Positions 48,209 through 58,301 of a stretch of DNA of 64,000 bases are shown here, piece by piece. The notes under the pieces are model-generated. The model saw only the letters and a program-made list of their open reading frames with translations. It was not told the DNA's origin and did no database searches. This DNA comes from Kiritimatiellia bacterium (GTDB taxonomy: Bacteria; Verrucomicrobiota; Kiritimatiellia; RFP12; JBMNHG01), in assembly GCA_050950285.1 (NCBI GenBank), contig JBMNHG010000003.1:186001-250000 (forward strand). The letters run 5' to 3'. How positions within the stretch are numbered: the stretch's first letter is position 1; each line of letters begins with the position of its first letter. The translations under genes were made by a program, and so were the position numbers.

Positions 48209-49441
48209 TCAGTCGATCAGGTGGCCCATTTTGACGCGTTTTGTCTCGAGGTAGCGGCGGTCGTGGTCTTGGGCGGGGATTTCGATCGGGACGCGTTCCG
48301 TGATTTCGAGCCCGTGGCCTTCGAGTCCGACGATTTTGCGCGGGTTGTTGGTGAGGAGGCGGAGGCGGCGGATGCCGAGGTCGGCGAGGATTTGTGCGCC
48401 GATGCCGTAGTCGCGGAGGTCGGCGGGGAATCCGAGTTGTTCGTTGGCCTCGACGGTATCGAGCCCTTGTTCCTGGAGGGCGTAGGCGTGGAGTTTGTTC
48501 GCGAGGCCGATGCCGCGGCCTTCCTGGCGCATGTAGACGATGGCGCCGCGTCCTTCGGCGTCGACCATGCGCATGGCGGCGTGGAGCTGGTCGCCGCAGT
48601 CGCAGCGCGCGGAGCCGAAGGTGTCGCCGGTGAGGCATTCGCTGTGGACGCGCACGAGGGGTGGGGCGGGGTCGTCCGCGGAGAGGTCCCCCTGGAGAAG
48701 CGCGAGGTGTTCCAGTCCGTCGGTGAGGGCCCGGTACATCCGCAGCCGGAAGTGTCCGTATGCGGTGGGGAGGTCCACTTCGCGCACCATTTCGATGAGG
48801 CGTTCGCGGGAGGACCGGTAGGCGATGAGGCTGGCGATGGAGACGAGCTTGAGGCCGTGGGTGCGGGCGAAGGCGATGATGTCGGGCAGGCGCGCCATGC
48901 GTCCGTCGTCGCGCATGATTTCGCAGCAGAGGCCGCACGGCTTGAGCCCGGCGAGGCGGCAGAGGTCCACGGTGGCCTCGGTGTGGCCGGCGCGCCGGAG
49001 CACGCCGCCGGCGCGGGCTTCGAGGGGGAACATGTGGCCCGGGCGGCGGAATTCCGAGGGGACGGCGCCGTCGCGCACGCACTGGCGGGCGGTGACGGCG
49101 CGTTCTTCGGCGGAGATGCCGGTGGTGGTGGTGGCGTGGTCGATGGAGACGGTGAAGGCGGTGGAGTGGGTGTCGGTGTTGGCCTCGACCATCTGGGGGA
49201 GGCCGAGGGACCGGGTGAGGCTCGCGTCCATCGGCATGCAGATGAGGCCCCTGGCGTGGGTGGCCATGAAGTTCACCGACTCCGTGGTGGCGAACTGGGC
49301 GGCCTGGACGAGGTCGCCCTCGTTTTCGCGGTGCGCGTCGTCGGTGACAACCACCATGCGCCCGGCGCGGAGCTCCGCGAGGGCCTCTTCGACGGTGTCG
49401 AAGGCGTCCTGCGGGAGGATCTCGTTCCCGGAATCGTCCAT
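48209..49441 (-). CDS. ribBA: Bifunctional DHBP synthase / GTP cyclohydrolase II
   Basis: DDAHRENEGD, TAFTVSID, RPGH, RAGHTEA, VRVHSECLTGD..RCDCG, QEGRGIGL, LLTNNPRK. Confidence 0.96.
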   Translation of the reverse strand: MDDSGNEILPQDAFDTVEEALAELRAGRMVVVTDDAHRENEGDLVQAAQFATTESVNFMATHARGLICMPMDASLTRSLGLPQMVEANTDTHSTAFTVSIDHATTTTGISAEERAVTARQCVRDGAVPSEFRRPGHMFPLEARAGGVLRRAGHTEATVDLCRLAGLKPCGLCCEIMRDDGRMARLPDIIAFARTHGLKLVSIASLIAYRSSRERLIEMVREVDLPTAYGHFRLRMYRALTDGLEHLALLQGDLSADDPAPPLVRVHSECLTGDTFGSARCDCGDQLHAAMRMVDAEGRGAIVYMRQEGRGIGLANKLHAYALQEQGLDTVEANEQLGFPADLRDYGIGAQILADLGIRRLRLLTNNPRKIVGLEGHGLEITERVPIEIPAQDHDRRYLETKRVKMGHLID

Positions 49442-49442
49442 G

Positions 49443-50675
49443 CTAGATTTGTCCGGCGCGTGCCATCGCGCGTGCCTCGACGCTCTGGATTTCGGCGAAG
49501 CCCTGGGAGGAGACGGGGTTCAGGCCTTCGCTGGCCTCCATCGAGGAGTCGGCCTCGTTGTAGAGGGAGGCGGCGCATCCGGCGAGCGACTGGAAGAAGA
49601 CGTTGCCCTTGTAGAGGCCGACTTCGACGGTCCCGGTGGCCTGCGCGGCGAAGACGCCGATGGCGGCGCGGGCGGCGCGGGTGGCGGGGTCGTAGTAGCG
49701 GCCGTCGTAGATTTGGTCGGCGACGAGCTTCGAGAGGTGGTGGAAGAGCAGCATGGCGCGGCGGTCCATGGTGGCCTGATAGAGGTAGCGGAGGGCGCAC
49801 CCGAGGAGTTCCATGCCGGGGGCTTCGTAGACGCCGCGGCTCTTGGTGCCGACGATGCGGTTTTCGAGGGCGTGCTTCATGCCGAGGCCGTTGCGGCCGC
49901 CGATGGCGTTCGCGAGGACCATGGCTTCGAGCGGGGAGACGTCCTTGCCGTCGATCTGGACGCAGCGGGCCTTCTCGAAGCGGATGGAGACGGTTTCGGG
50001 GCGGTCGGGGGCCTGGAAGGGCCAGACGCCCATCGTGGGCTCCACGATGGTCATCGGGGTCCCCATGTCCTCGAGGTCCTCGGCTTCGTGGGAGAGGCCG
50101 GCGAGGTTGCCGTCGGTGGAGTACTTCTTCCTGCCGCCGACGAAGGCGACGATGCCGAAGCGGGCGAGGTAGTCGACCATCTGGGTGCGGCCGGGGAACT
50201 GCCGGAGGAGGGCGCCGTCGCGCCAGGGGGCGTAGACGGTCAGGTCGGGGTCGAGCACGTTGGTGTAGCGCTCGAAGCGCATTTGGTCGTTGCCGCGGCC
50301 GGTGGCGCCGTGGGAGAGCACGTTGCAGCCGCGCTTGCGGAGTTCGGGGACGAGGCCGCGCACGGTGACGGCGCGGGCGATGCCGGTGGAGTTCCAGTAG
50401 CCGCCGTCGTACATGGCCTGGGCTTCGACCACTTCGAAGCAGGCTTCGGCCATCTCGTCCTTGAGGTCGACGATGATGGTGTCCACGCCGCAGGGCGCCA
50501 TGCGGCGGGCCACGTCGCGGATGTCGGTCTCGTCGGGCTGGCCGATGTCCGCGGTGAAGGCGAGGGTGTCGATGCCTTCCTCGGCGAAGCGTTTGGCGAT
50601 GGTCTTGCTGTCGAGTCCGCCGGAAACGCAGACGCCGATTTTGCGCCCGTGGAGATCGCTGAGGGTGAGAGCCAT
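49443..50675 (-). CDS. argG: Argininosuccinate synthase
   Basis: SGGLDS, ADIGQ, HGATGRGNDQMRF, APWRD, YSTDGN, ENRIVGTKSRGVYEAPG. Confidence 0.93.
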   Translation of the reverse strand: MALTLSDLHGRKIGVCVSGGLDSKTIAKRFAEEGIDTLAFTADIGQPDETDIRDVARRMAPCGVDTIIVDLKDEMAEACFEVVEAQAMYDGGYWNSTGIARAVTVRGLVPELRKRGCNVLSHGATGRGNDQMRFERYTNVLDPDLTVYAPWRDGALLRQFPGRTQMVDYLARFGIVAFVGGRKKYSTDGNLAGLSHEAEDLEDMGTPMTIVEPTMGVWPFQAPDRPETVSIRFEKARCVQIDGKDVSPLEAMVLANAIGGRNGLGMKHALENRIVGTKSRGVYEAPGMELLGCALRYLYQATMDRRAMLLFHHLSKLVADQIYDGRYYDPATRAARAAIGVFAAQATGTVEVGLYKGNVFFQSLAGCAASLYNEADSSMEASEGLNPVSSQGFAEIQSVEARAMARAGQI

Positions 50676-50755
50676 GGTGGGGAGCCTTTGGTTGGGGTGG
50701 GAAAGTGGATACAGGAAGGTATCACACTCCGCGGGGTGCGGTCAACGCGCAGGGT

Positions 50756-50954
50756 TGCGGGAGATTTGGCACGGGAGCGCTTCGAAGGGCCGGGAGCACG
50801 GTTTGACGGCTGTCGGAAGGGGAATCGAGGGCGCCGACTCACCTTGCGACGCCCTGTCCATGTCTTTTCAGGCGTTTCCAGCCCTGGGGAAGGCGTCGGA
50901 CGCCCTTCCGGGCAAAACCCAGGCAGGCTCCGCCGCGACCGGGCTGTCGCCCGT
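50756..50954 (-). mobile_element. Diverged solo 3' (right) end of the IS1380-family element
   Basis: Aligns to 56499-56698 and its second copy; lacks the outermost bases of the IR and has no transposase. Confidence 0.8.
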
Positions 50955-52180
50955 TGAATATTCAATACAAGCATTCAATTTCTCCATCAATTCCTCCTTT
51001 TTGTCTTCTATCGTGTTGATACCCTTTAATATTACGGCGATTTCTTCACGGCCAGGCAAATCAATACCATTCACCGCATGGTTGTTGATATATGCCAGAA
51101 TGTTCCGATCTGTATCCTCCAGCACATCCCGGCTCATCCACCTGCCGATGTCTGGTCGGTACTTTCGCATCTGGTATTCGCTGAACCCCGTGACCGTACA
51201 CCACGGCTTGGTGGAGAACCGGTGGGTGAAGGTGTCGGCGAGAGGGCCGGTCGATACGACGATCTCGCCGAAGGGGGAGTAGTCGTAGTGGGCGGCGACG
51301 GCGCCATTCGTGGCGACGTATTCGCTGACGTTGCCGTTGACATCGTAGGTCGGCAGATATACGCCATCGTCTTTGACGACGGCGAGGAGTCCGTCGACGC
51401 CGCCCGCGCCCTGCAGCGTGCCGCTCAAATCGAGGCCCCAGACGTTGCGGGTGACAGTAGTCGCGAGACCGGAGACGCGGGTTTCGCGGACGATGTTCCA
51501 GCCGTCCCAGGTGTAGGCGAGGCTCACGGGGTCGCCGTCCGTGCGGGCGATCCGCTTCTGGACCATCTCGCCGCGCTCGTCGTAGAGGTAGGTCGTGGCG
51601 GGCTGTCCGGTCGTTTCCGAGCGAACCAGGCGCGAGGTCGCGCCGTCGTAGGCGTTCGAGGTGACGAGCCAGGCGCCTGCGGCGCCGGGCCTCAGCGTCG
51701 CCACCGTCCGCCCGAGGAAGTCGCCGTGGGCGATTTGATTCGTGATCGCGCCCGGCGAATCCGACGCCTCGGTGACGGAGAAGGCGCGCCGCGTCCCGTC
51801 GGCGGCGTAGTCAATCCAGGAGGTTTCGCGCGTCCAGCCGCCGTCCCAGCTTCGGATGGCGATGGAACGCCCGTTCCGGTAGGCGATGTTCGTGCTCGCC
51901 ACGACGCAAACGTCGGGGTTCGCCGGCGAGAACGTCAGGGTGACGCTCTCCTCGCGGTCGGCGTGCGACGTGCGCGTCGTGACCGTGCGAACCCCGCGCC
52001 GATCGACGTGGACAACGTGGTCGCCGGTGCCGTCGGGGTACGTCGTCGTTTCGGAAGCCGTGAAGCCAAGCGTCCCGCAACCGGGGGTGGCGGCGCTTCC
52101 GGGCTCGCCGACCGCCGTCACGACGGTGTTGGTCTCCCTGCCGAGGGCGTCCATGAAATGCGGGGTGGTGACAAACTGAT
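50955..52180 (-). pseudogene. Orphan Rhs fragment (internally deleted, toxin tip truncated)
   Basis: YD repeats; WGLDLSGTLQGAGGVDGLL, YDYSPFG, HRFSTK, GRWMSRD, degenerate IDLPG; tail cut by the IS-end remnant. Confidence 0.85.
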
Positions 52181-52499
52181 GGTTCATATAATGTAGAAAT
52201 CGACCGCAACCGAAATCCGCATCTGTGCAAGGTGCAATACATCTTGCACTTGTTTCTTGGTTTTTGATAATATGCTCCCGTAAACGCATAAGTTATGCGT
52301 CGGTCTTTGACGCATTCGACTATGCTGCTTTGCTGGCGCCAAGAAACTATGTCCGCGAAAATGCATACTTCGGTCTTCACAAAACATGCTAACAGAGCAG
52401 TGGCAACGGGATGTCTCCGACGTGCTGCTGACTCTTTGGGCATGAACAACACATGCCGCATGCTTGTCGTGATCCTGTTTTTGCCAATTCTGTTAAAAG

Positions 52500-53929
52500 C
52501 GAACACGAATGTCTGTTGGGTTTCATATAACGATAGGAGTGAAATATCAAGGTTTGTTTGCGGAACACTCGATGTGTCGTGGGAATATGATCAAATGGGT
52601 AATCGTATTCGCTCGATGAAACCAAATGTTACAAATTATTATACCTCAAATTCTAGGAATCAATACGTTGCTATCTCAAACAATCTCGGCGGTACGGTAA
52701 ATATTGAATACGATGCTGACGGAAATCTAATCAAAGATCATCGGTTGAACTATCGATGGGATGGGGAAAACCGTCTGGTTGCTACATGGCCTGTTTTTTT
52801 TACCAACGGCGGAATTGTAGTAAAGAATTCTTATGACTATTTGCATCGAAGAGTCAAAAAAGAAGTTCAACAGTTGGTTGATTTTGATCACACTCAACCG
52901 TCATCGCCAACAAACGGCAGATTGATATCTCTATATTCTTCGGTGTTCTTCTACGACCGCAATAGGATCGTTCTTGAATTAACAACATTTGCCAATGGCA
53001 GCCAAAGCACAAACCAATACGTTTGGGGGCGAGACCTTTCCGGCACACTTGATGGTGCCGCAGGCATAGGTGGTCTGCTTGCCGTTCAGTCCGATGATAA
53101 CTGGTATTTTCCGTTCTATGACGGGAGCGGGAACATTACGGCATATGTGGATGAAAGTGGTTCGATGGTCGCCCAATACTACTACGATCCATTTGGTGAA
53201 TCCATATTTGAGCAGGGAACACACAAGGACATCTTCCATTTTCGATTTTCAACAAAGTATCTAGACGATGAAACCGGGTTGTACAATTTCGGTCGGCGGT
53301 TTTATGATCCATGGCTTGGACGTTGGTTGAGCCCTGATCCAATAGGTGAAAACGGTGGTCTCAACACTTATTGTTTTGTGGTAAACGATCCAATAAACAA
53401 TGTGGACGCGTTAGGCCTTTATACGCTTGATGATGCCAAAACAAGTCTGGAGACCAACGGAGTTCCAAAAACTGGATCAATATTTGGTATTCCGGTCTAT
53501 TCCGACAAACAAGTTTTTGATGAATGGCTGCGTTTGGAACACAAGAACGGCTCATGGTGGACTTCGCTGCCGAAATGTCCGGCAAGTATTTGCATTGACA
53601 AAAAAGGCAAACCTCGTAACCCAGACAAAGATAAATGGGATGACCCCAAAAAGGGAGGTGTTATCTTGGCAAAATACCATCCGGGAGGTACGTATGAAAT
53701 GAGGACAAGCAAGTCGGCTTCTGGTGATCCCCACGGGAATCAATGCATATATGACAAGAAGGGCAATTTGTTGACCCTGTATCCTGCTGCGGGAAGCGCG
53801 GATTTATACAGTCCAACTCGCGGTCTTGCCAATTTTAATAGACATCAATCGCATGATGTTGACACCTATGAGTTGGCTCGAAAATTGTCTCGCATCGCGG
53901 ACTATTATTCAGTTCGTCCTGTTTGGTGA
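52500..53929 (+). CDS. Orphan Rhs core plus C-terminal toxin domain (AMOP-like), low GC; true start unclear
   Basis: YDQMGNR, YDADGNL, WGRDLSGTLDGAAGIGGLL, YDPFG, GRWLSPDPIGENGG, VDALGL; CT spans 53420-53929. Confidence 0.88.
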
Positions 53930-53934
53930 GCATT

Positions 53935-54216
53935 ATGGGGAACATAAACATGGGCAGTCGTTTCTTTAAGGCGGTATTACTTCTGTCTGGGGTTTCTCTG
54001 CTTGATATGTATTTGATTATGGGAATTGTTGCCCGTTATTGGATGTTCAATTATAATGATTTTCTTGTGGCTTGCCTTTATGCCCTTCCCATTGGGTTAA
54101 TTAGTTCCATTCCGCTGCTTTTTACGTTTAAGCGCAATTTGTTTGTTTCGCTGACGCTTGCCATTGTCATCACCTCGCTAATTTTTATTCCTCTTGCGAC
54201 TGGAGCATCATGCTAA
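53935..54216 (+). CDS. Small 3-TM membrane protein, putative cognate immunity
   Basis: Directly downstream of the Rhs CT; three hydrophobic segments; low GC. Confidence 0.65.
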   Translation: MGNINMGSRFFKAVLLLSGVSLLDMYLIMGIVARYWMFNYNDFLVACLYALPIGLISSIPLLFTFKRNLFVSLTLAIVITSLIFIPLATGASC

Positions 54217-54217
54217 A

Positions 54218-56234
54218 CCGAAGTTCCAGCGGCTCTTTCAGGCCCGAAACGGCCATATTTCCTTGATTTAGCGGCATTCCGGCACCCCTAAGGCAGCAAA
54301 ATCCGTTCCATTTGCGCCCATGTAATTGTTAATAACTTTTTTGACGAAACACCATTTTTACGCTTGCATGAGACTGAAAGGTCTGCTAAATTGAGCCCAT
54401 GTACATTGACATCGTGCCGAACCGCAAATCCCCGCCCGCAATCCTGCTGCGCGAGAGCTGCCGCGAGGGCGGGCGCACCGTCAAGCGCACGCTTGCCAAC
54501 CTGTCGATGCTGCCGCCCGAGGCGGTGGCGGCGCTGCGCGCCGCGCTCAAGGGCGAACATCTTGTGGAGGCCGACAGCCTTTTCGAGATCGAGCGATCCC
54601 TGCCATGCGGCCACGTCAGGGCCGTCCGCACGGCAATGAGCCGGCTCGGCATGCGGGATCTGGTGTCGTCCAAGCCCTGCCCGGAGCGCGACATCGTGCT
54701 GGCGATGATAGCCCAGCGCATAATAGAGCCGGGCTCGAAGCTGGAGACGGTCTCCCTGTTCGGGGACTCCACGCTCGCGCAGGAGTTCGGCGTGCAGGAC
54801 GTGGACGAGAACGACCTTTATGCGGCGATGGACTGGCTCGCGGCCCGCCAGCCCTTCATCGAGCGCAAGCTGGCCGGGCGGCACCTTGCCGAGGGGGCGA
54901 CAGTCCTGTACGACGTATCGAGCAGCTCCTACTACGGCAAGCAATGCCCCCTGGCAAAGCGCGGATACAACCGCGACGGCCTCAAGCTGCCCGGCATCGT
55001 CTACGGGCTTATGACCGATACCGACGGCAGGCCGGTCGCGGTGCGGGTGTATCCCGGCGACACCGCCGACCCGGTGACGGTGCCGGACCAGATCGACCGG
55101 CTGCGCGGGGGCTTCGGCATAGCGCGGTTCGTCTTCGTGGGTGACCGCGGCATGCTGACGAACACGCAGATCGACCGCCTGCGGAAGCAGGAGGGCTGCG
55201 GCTGGATATCCTGCCTGCGAAGCTCGGACATCCGCAGGCTGCTGGAGACACGCGATCCCTCCGGTGCGCCGCTGTTCACGCAGGGCAACCTGGCCGAGAT
55301 CATCCATCCCGACTTCCCCGGCGAACGGCTGGTGGCCTGCTACAACCCGCTGCTGGCGATGGACCGCGCCCGCATGCGCGGCGAGCTGCTGGAGTCCACC
55401 GAGAAGGATCTCGTCAAGCTGCGCGACCATGTGGGGCGCCGGAGGAGGAAACCCCTGACGGCAGCCGGGATCGGCGTCAGGGCGGGACGCGTGATCAACC
55501 GCTACAAGGTCGCCAAGCACTTCAGGCTGGACATCGCCGACAACCACTTCGGCTGGGAGCGCGACACGGAATCCATCGCCCGCGAGGCCGCCCTGGACGG
55601 CATCTGCGTCGTGCGCACCAGCGAGACGCCCGAGTCGCTTTCCGCAGAGGACGCGGTGCGCGCCTACAAGAGCCTGGGCGACGTCGAGCAGGCCTTCAGA
55701 ACATTCAAGGGCGTCGACCTGCTCGTCCGCCCGATCTACCACCGCCTGGAGGACCGCGTGCGCGCGCACGTGCTGCTGTGCATGCTCGCCTATTACGTGG
55801 AATGGCACATGCGCCAGGCCCTGGCCCCGCTGCTCTACGCCGACGAGGAACTGGAAGCCGCCCGCGCCAGCCGCGATCCCGTCGCCAAGGCGCAGCCCTC
55901 GGAAAACCTCAAGCGCAAGCGCGCCCGGAAACGCACCACTGACGGACTGCGGCTCCGGCGCTGGGACGGGCTGCTTGGCGCGCTATCGACACAGGTGCGC
56001 AACACATGCTGTTTCGGAGAAGGCAGAACCGCCGTGCGCTTTACCCGCGACACGATGCCGAACGCCTTCCAGGCCAAAGCCTTCCAACTGCTCGAGGCGG
56101 ACCACGCCTGCTGGCGGAACAACAAGGGCGTTTCCATGTAAGCGGAACGGGAAAATGGCGCCAGAAAGCGCGTAGAATGCTTGCCTGCAAGGGTTTGCGA
56201 ATGAGCAGGCTGTTGGGAATCGCTGGAACTTCGG
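54218..56234 (+). mobile_element. IS1634-family insertion sequence
   Basis: 14-bp perfect IR CCGAAGTTCCAGCG / CGCTGGAACTTCGG flanking the transposase; no matching target duplication. Confidence 0.9.
54399..56141 (+). CDS. IS1634-family DDE transposase
   Basis: ILLRESCREGGRTVKRTLANLS, LYDVSSSYY, GYNRDG, VGDRGM, YKSLGDVEQAFR, VRPIYH, RVRAHVLLCMLAY. Confidence 0.92.
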   Translation: MYIDIVPNRKSPPAILLRESCREGGRTVKRTLANLSMLPPEAVAALRAALKGEHLVEADSLFEIERSLPCGHVRAVRTAMSRLGMRDLVSSKPCPERDIVLAMIAQRIIEPGSKLETVSLFGDSTLAQEFGVQDVDENDLYAAMDWLAARQPFIERKLAGRHLAEGATVLYDVSSSSYYGKQCPLAKRGYNRDGLKLPGIVYGLMTDTDGRPVAVRVYPGDTADPVTVPDQIDRLRGGFGIARFVFVGDRGMLTNTQIDRLRKQEGCGWISCLRSSDIRRLLETRDPSGAPLFTQGNLAEIIHPDFPGERLVACYNPLLAMDRARMRGELLESTEKDLVKLRDHVGRRRRKPLTAAGIGVRAGRVINRYKVAKHFRLDIADNHFGWERDTESIAREAALDGICVVRTSETPESLSAEDAVRAYKSLGDVEQAFRTFKGVDLLVRPIYHRLEDRVRAHVLLCMLAYYVEWHMRQALAPLLYADEELEAARASRDPVAKAQPSENLKRKRARKRTTDGLRLRRWDGLLGALSTQVRNTCCFGEGRTAVRFTRDTMPNAFQAKAFQLLEADHACWRNNKGVSM

Positions 56235-56490
56235 ATTAATCTGTCACTGTTCTTCGGCAATCCATTGGAAATTTTTAACCTAAAAAGAGCAGTTGGGTGT
56301 GCGGATTTTGAGCAAAGGCCTGTAAACACTGGCTTTCGTTGAGATTCGCGCCGCACCTATTTGGTGCAAAACGCAACGGTGCGCCCTATACTTCTAATTG
56401 AACCTAAAAAAGGAGTACAGGATGAACGACACCGTTGCGTATGGGAATGATGGCACAGGGGCGCTTCTGGATCAAGCGGAGATCCGCAGG

Positions 56491-58301
56491 CCCTAAACTG
56501 CGGGAGATTTGGCGCGAGGGCGTTTCGAAGGGCCGGGAGCACGGTTTGACGGCTGTCGGGAGGGGGATCGAAGGGTGCCGGCTCTCCGTCGACGCCCTGC
56601 TTGTTCCTTTTCCAGGCGTTTCCAGCCTTGGGGAGGGCGTCGGGCGCCCTTCCAGGCGAAATCCAGGCAGGCTCCGCCGCGGCCGGGCTGTCGCCCGTCC
56701 GTCCGGAGCCGTCCGGTTCCGGCTTTTGCCTCGCGCTACGTCGATTCGGTGGGCTGCACCCGGCAGGGGAACGCCTCGAGCAGCTCCAGGACGCGCTTCA
56801 CCCACTCCTTCGGGGCGGCGAAGCGCAGGACGATCTTGCGGCTGAGCCGCGAAAGGCGCGCGCCGGCCGTCAGCACGTGGAAGCGCACGCCGCGCACGCG
56901 CCGCACGCGGTTCTCCGGCTCCGGGTCGGCCGCCCGGAGCGCGGCGGCCATGTTGTAGGCCACCGCGTTGAGCGCGAACCAGGCCGCGTTGGCCCCGAAC
57001 TTCTGGCTCGGCGGGCGGGCCGCCGCCAGGTCGTTCTTCATTTCGTCGTGGACGTGCTCGACCGTGCCCGCCTTCCCGCGGTGCCATTCGACGACCTTTT
57101 CGCCCGACTCCGCCCGGTTGGTCGCCACGGCGAAGTGCTTGCGGTCGTTCCCGTCGTCGAAGAGCTCGCCCTGGGGCTTGAGGAAGCGGAGCCCGATGCA
57201 GCGCCGGGGGCGCGCATGCTTGTTCTCGGAGCGCAGGCCGGGGACGTAGTCGAGCTCGGCCCACTGCTTGAGCGTGCCGTCCGGTTCGCGGTCGAACGTC
57301 TTCCACGCATCTTCGGGGACGCGGCGCGCGGCGGCCGCCACTTCCGGGACCATCCGGACGCTGATCGCGTAGTCGATCCTGCCCCGCGGGCCGCCCTCGC
57401 GCTCCGGATCCTCGAGCCAGCCGTACAGGTCGTTGTTGTCGCAGGCGCTGTCGCCGCGAAAGCCGAACACGCGCACGCTCGGGGGGAGTTCGGCGAACGC
57501 CAGGCGCGCGCAGCGGAGGGGGTCCTTGGAGGCGGGCACGTTGCCGTCGCGGAACTCGGTGGCCAGCACCACGCCCGCCTCGGCCCAGACCGCGACCACC
57601 GGCTGGTAGCCCCGCTCCCCCGTGTAGGCGACCGTCGCCGAGCGCTTGTTGCTCTCCACGATCGTCGCGTCCAGGTCGACCGTCGCCACCGCGGGGCTCC
57701 CCCCGGGCTGGCGCGCCGCCGCGGCGCGCGCCGAAACCCCCACGACCGCCTGCAGGCCGCGAAGCCCCTCCGTGGGCTCGGGCACGCTCGACTTCAAGTC
57801 CAGCTCGAGCGCCCGCTCCCGCGCCCGCGCCACCGCCTCCGCGTCGTGGAAGCGCTCGAGCCAGTCGCGAAGGGCGCGGGAGCCCGGCGCCTGGAAGCCC
57901 AGCATCTTCGACACCGCCGGATCCCCGCGCAGCCGGTCCACGTCCTCCACGCATCCCGCGCCGAGCATCAGCGCGCACGCCGCCGACTCGACGAACTCGC
58001 CCGCCGTGAAGCCGAGCCTGATGCGGCGCAGGGCGCCGAGGTTCGCGTCGCACGCCCCGGGAAGCCCCATGCCGCGGAAGACGCGGGAGGCCACCGCCAT
58101 GCCGCCAAGGCCGGTCACGGTGCCGGGAACGGGGTCCGGGGAGATTTCGTAGGGGATTTTCCATTGGGTAGGGGTTTTCGGTCTCATGGGCGCATATTCT
58201 ATCAAGACAGCCTTGATGAAACAAGCGGGAAATTATCGCCGTTTTCCCGCTCCATTCCAGCACTTCGGAGACCCTCGCAAAAAATCTCCCGCAAAACAGG
58301 G
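56491..58301 (-). mobile_element. IS1380-family element B (inner), copy 1
   Basis: Imperfect 19-bp IR CCCTAAACTGCGGGAGATT / AATCTCCCGCAAAACAGGG; 6-bp TSD CGCAGG (56485-56490, 58302-58307). Confidence 0.92.
56736..58187 (-). CDS. IS1380-family transposase of element B
   Basis: TGLGG, VDLDAT, GYQP, EFRDGNV, FRGDSA, HRGKAGTVEHVHDEMK, FGANAAW. Confidence 0.9.
   Translation of the reverse strand: MRPKTPTQWKIPYEISPDPVPGTVTGLGGMAVASRVFRGMGLPGACDANLGALRRIRLGFTAGEFVESAACALMLGAGCVEDVDRLRGDPAVSKMLGFQAPGSRALRDWLERFHDAEAVARARERALELDLKSSVPEPTEGLRGLQAVVGVSARAAAARQPGGSPAVATVDLDATIVESNKRSATVAYTGERGYQPVVAVWAEAGVVLATEFRDGNVPASKDPLRCARLAFAELPPSVRVFGFRGDSACDNNDLYGWLEDPEREGGPRGRIDYAISVRMVPEVAAAARRVPEDAWKTFDREPDGTLKQWAELDYVPGLRSENKHARPRRCIGLRFLKPQGELFDDGNDRKHFAVATNRAESGEKVVEWHRGKAGTVEHVHDEMKNDLAAARPPSQKFGANAAWFALNAVAYNMAAALRAADPEPENRVRRVRGVRFHVLTAGARLSRLSRKIVLRFAAPKEWVKRVLELLEAFPCRVQPTEST

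Noticed and set aside
52180..52500. Cys-rich minus-strand ORF as an extra toxin tip
   Set aside because: Open frames exist on both strands with no recognisable motif; cannot be supported without a search.
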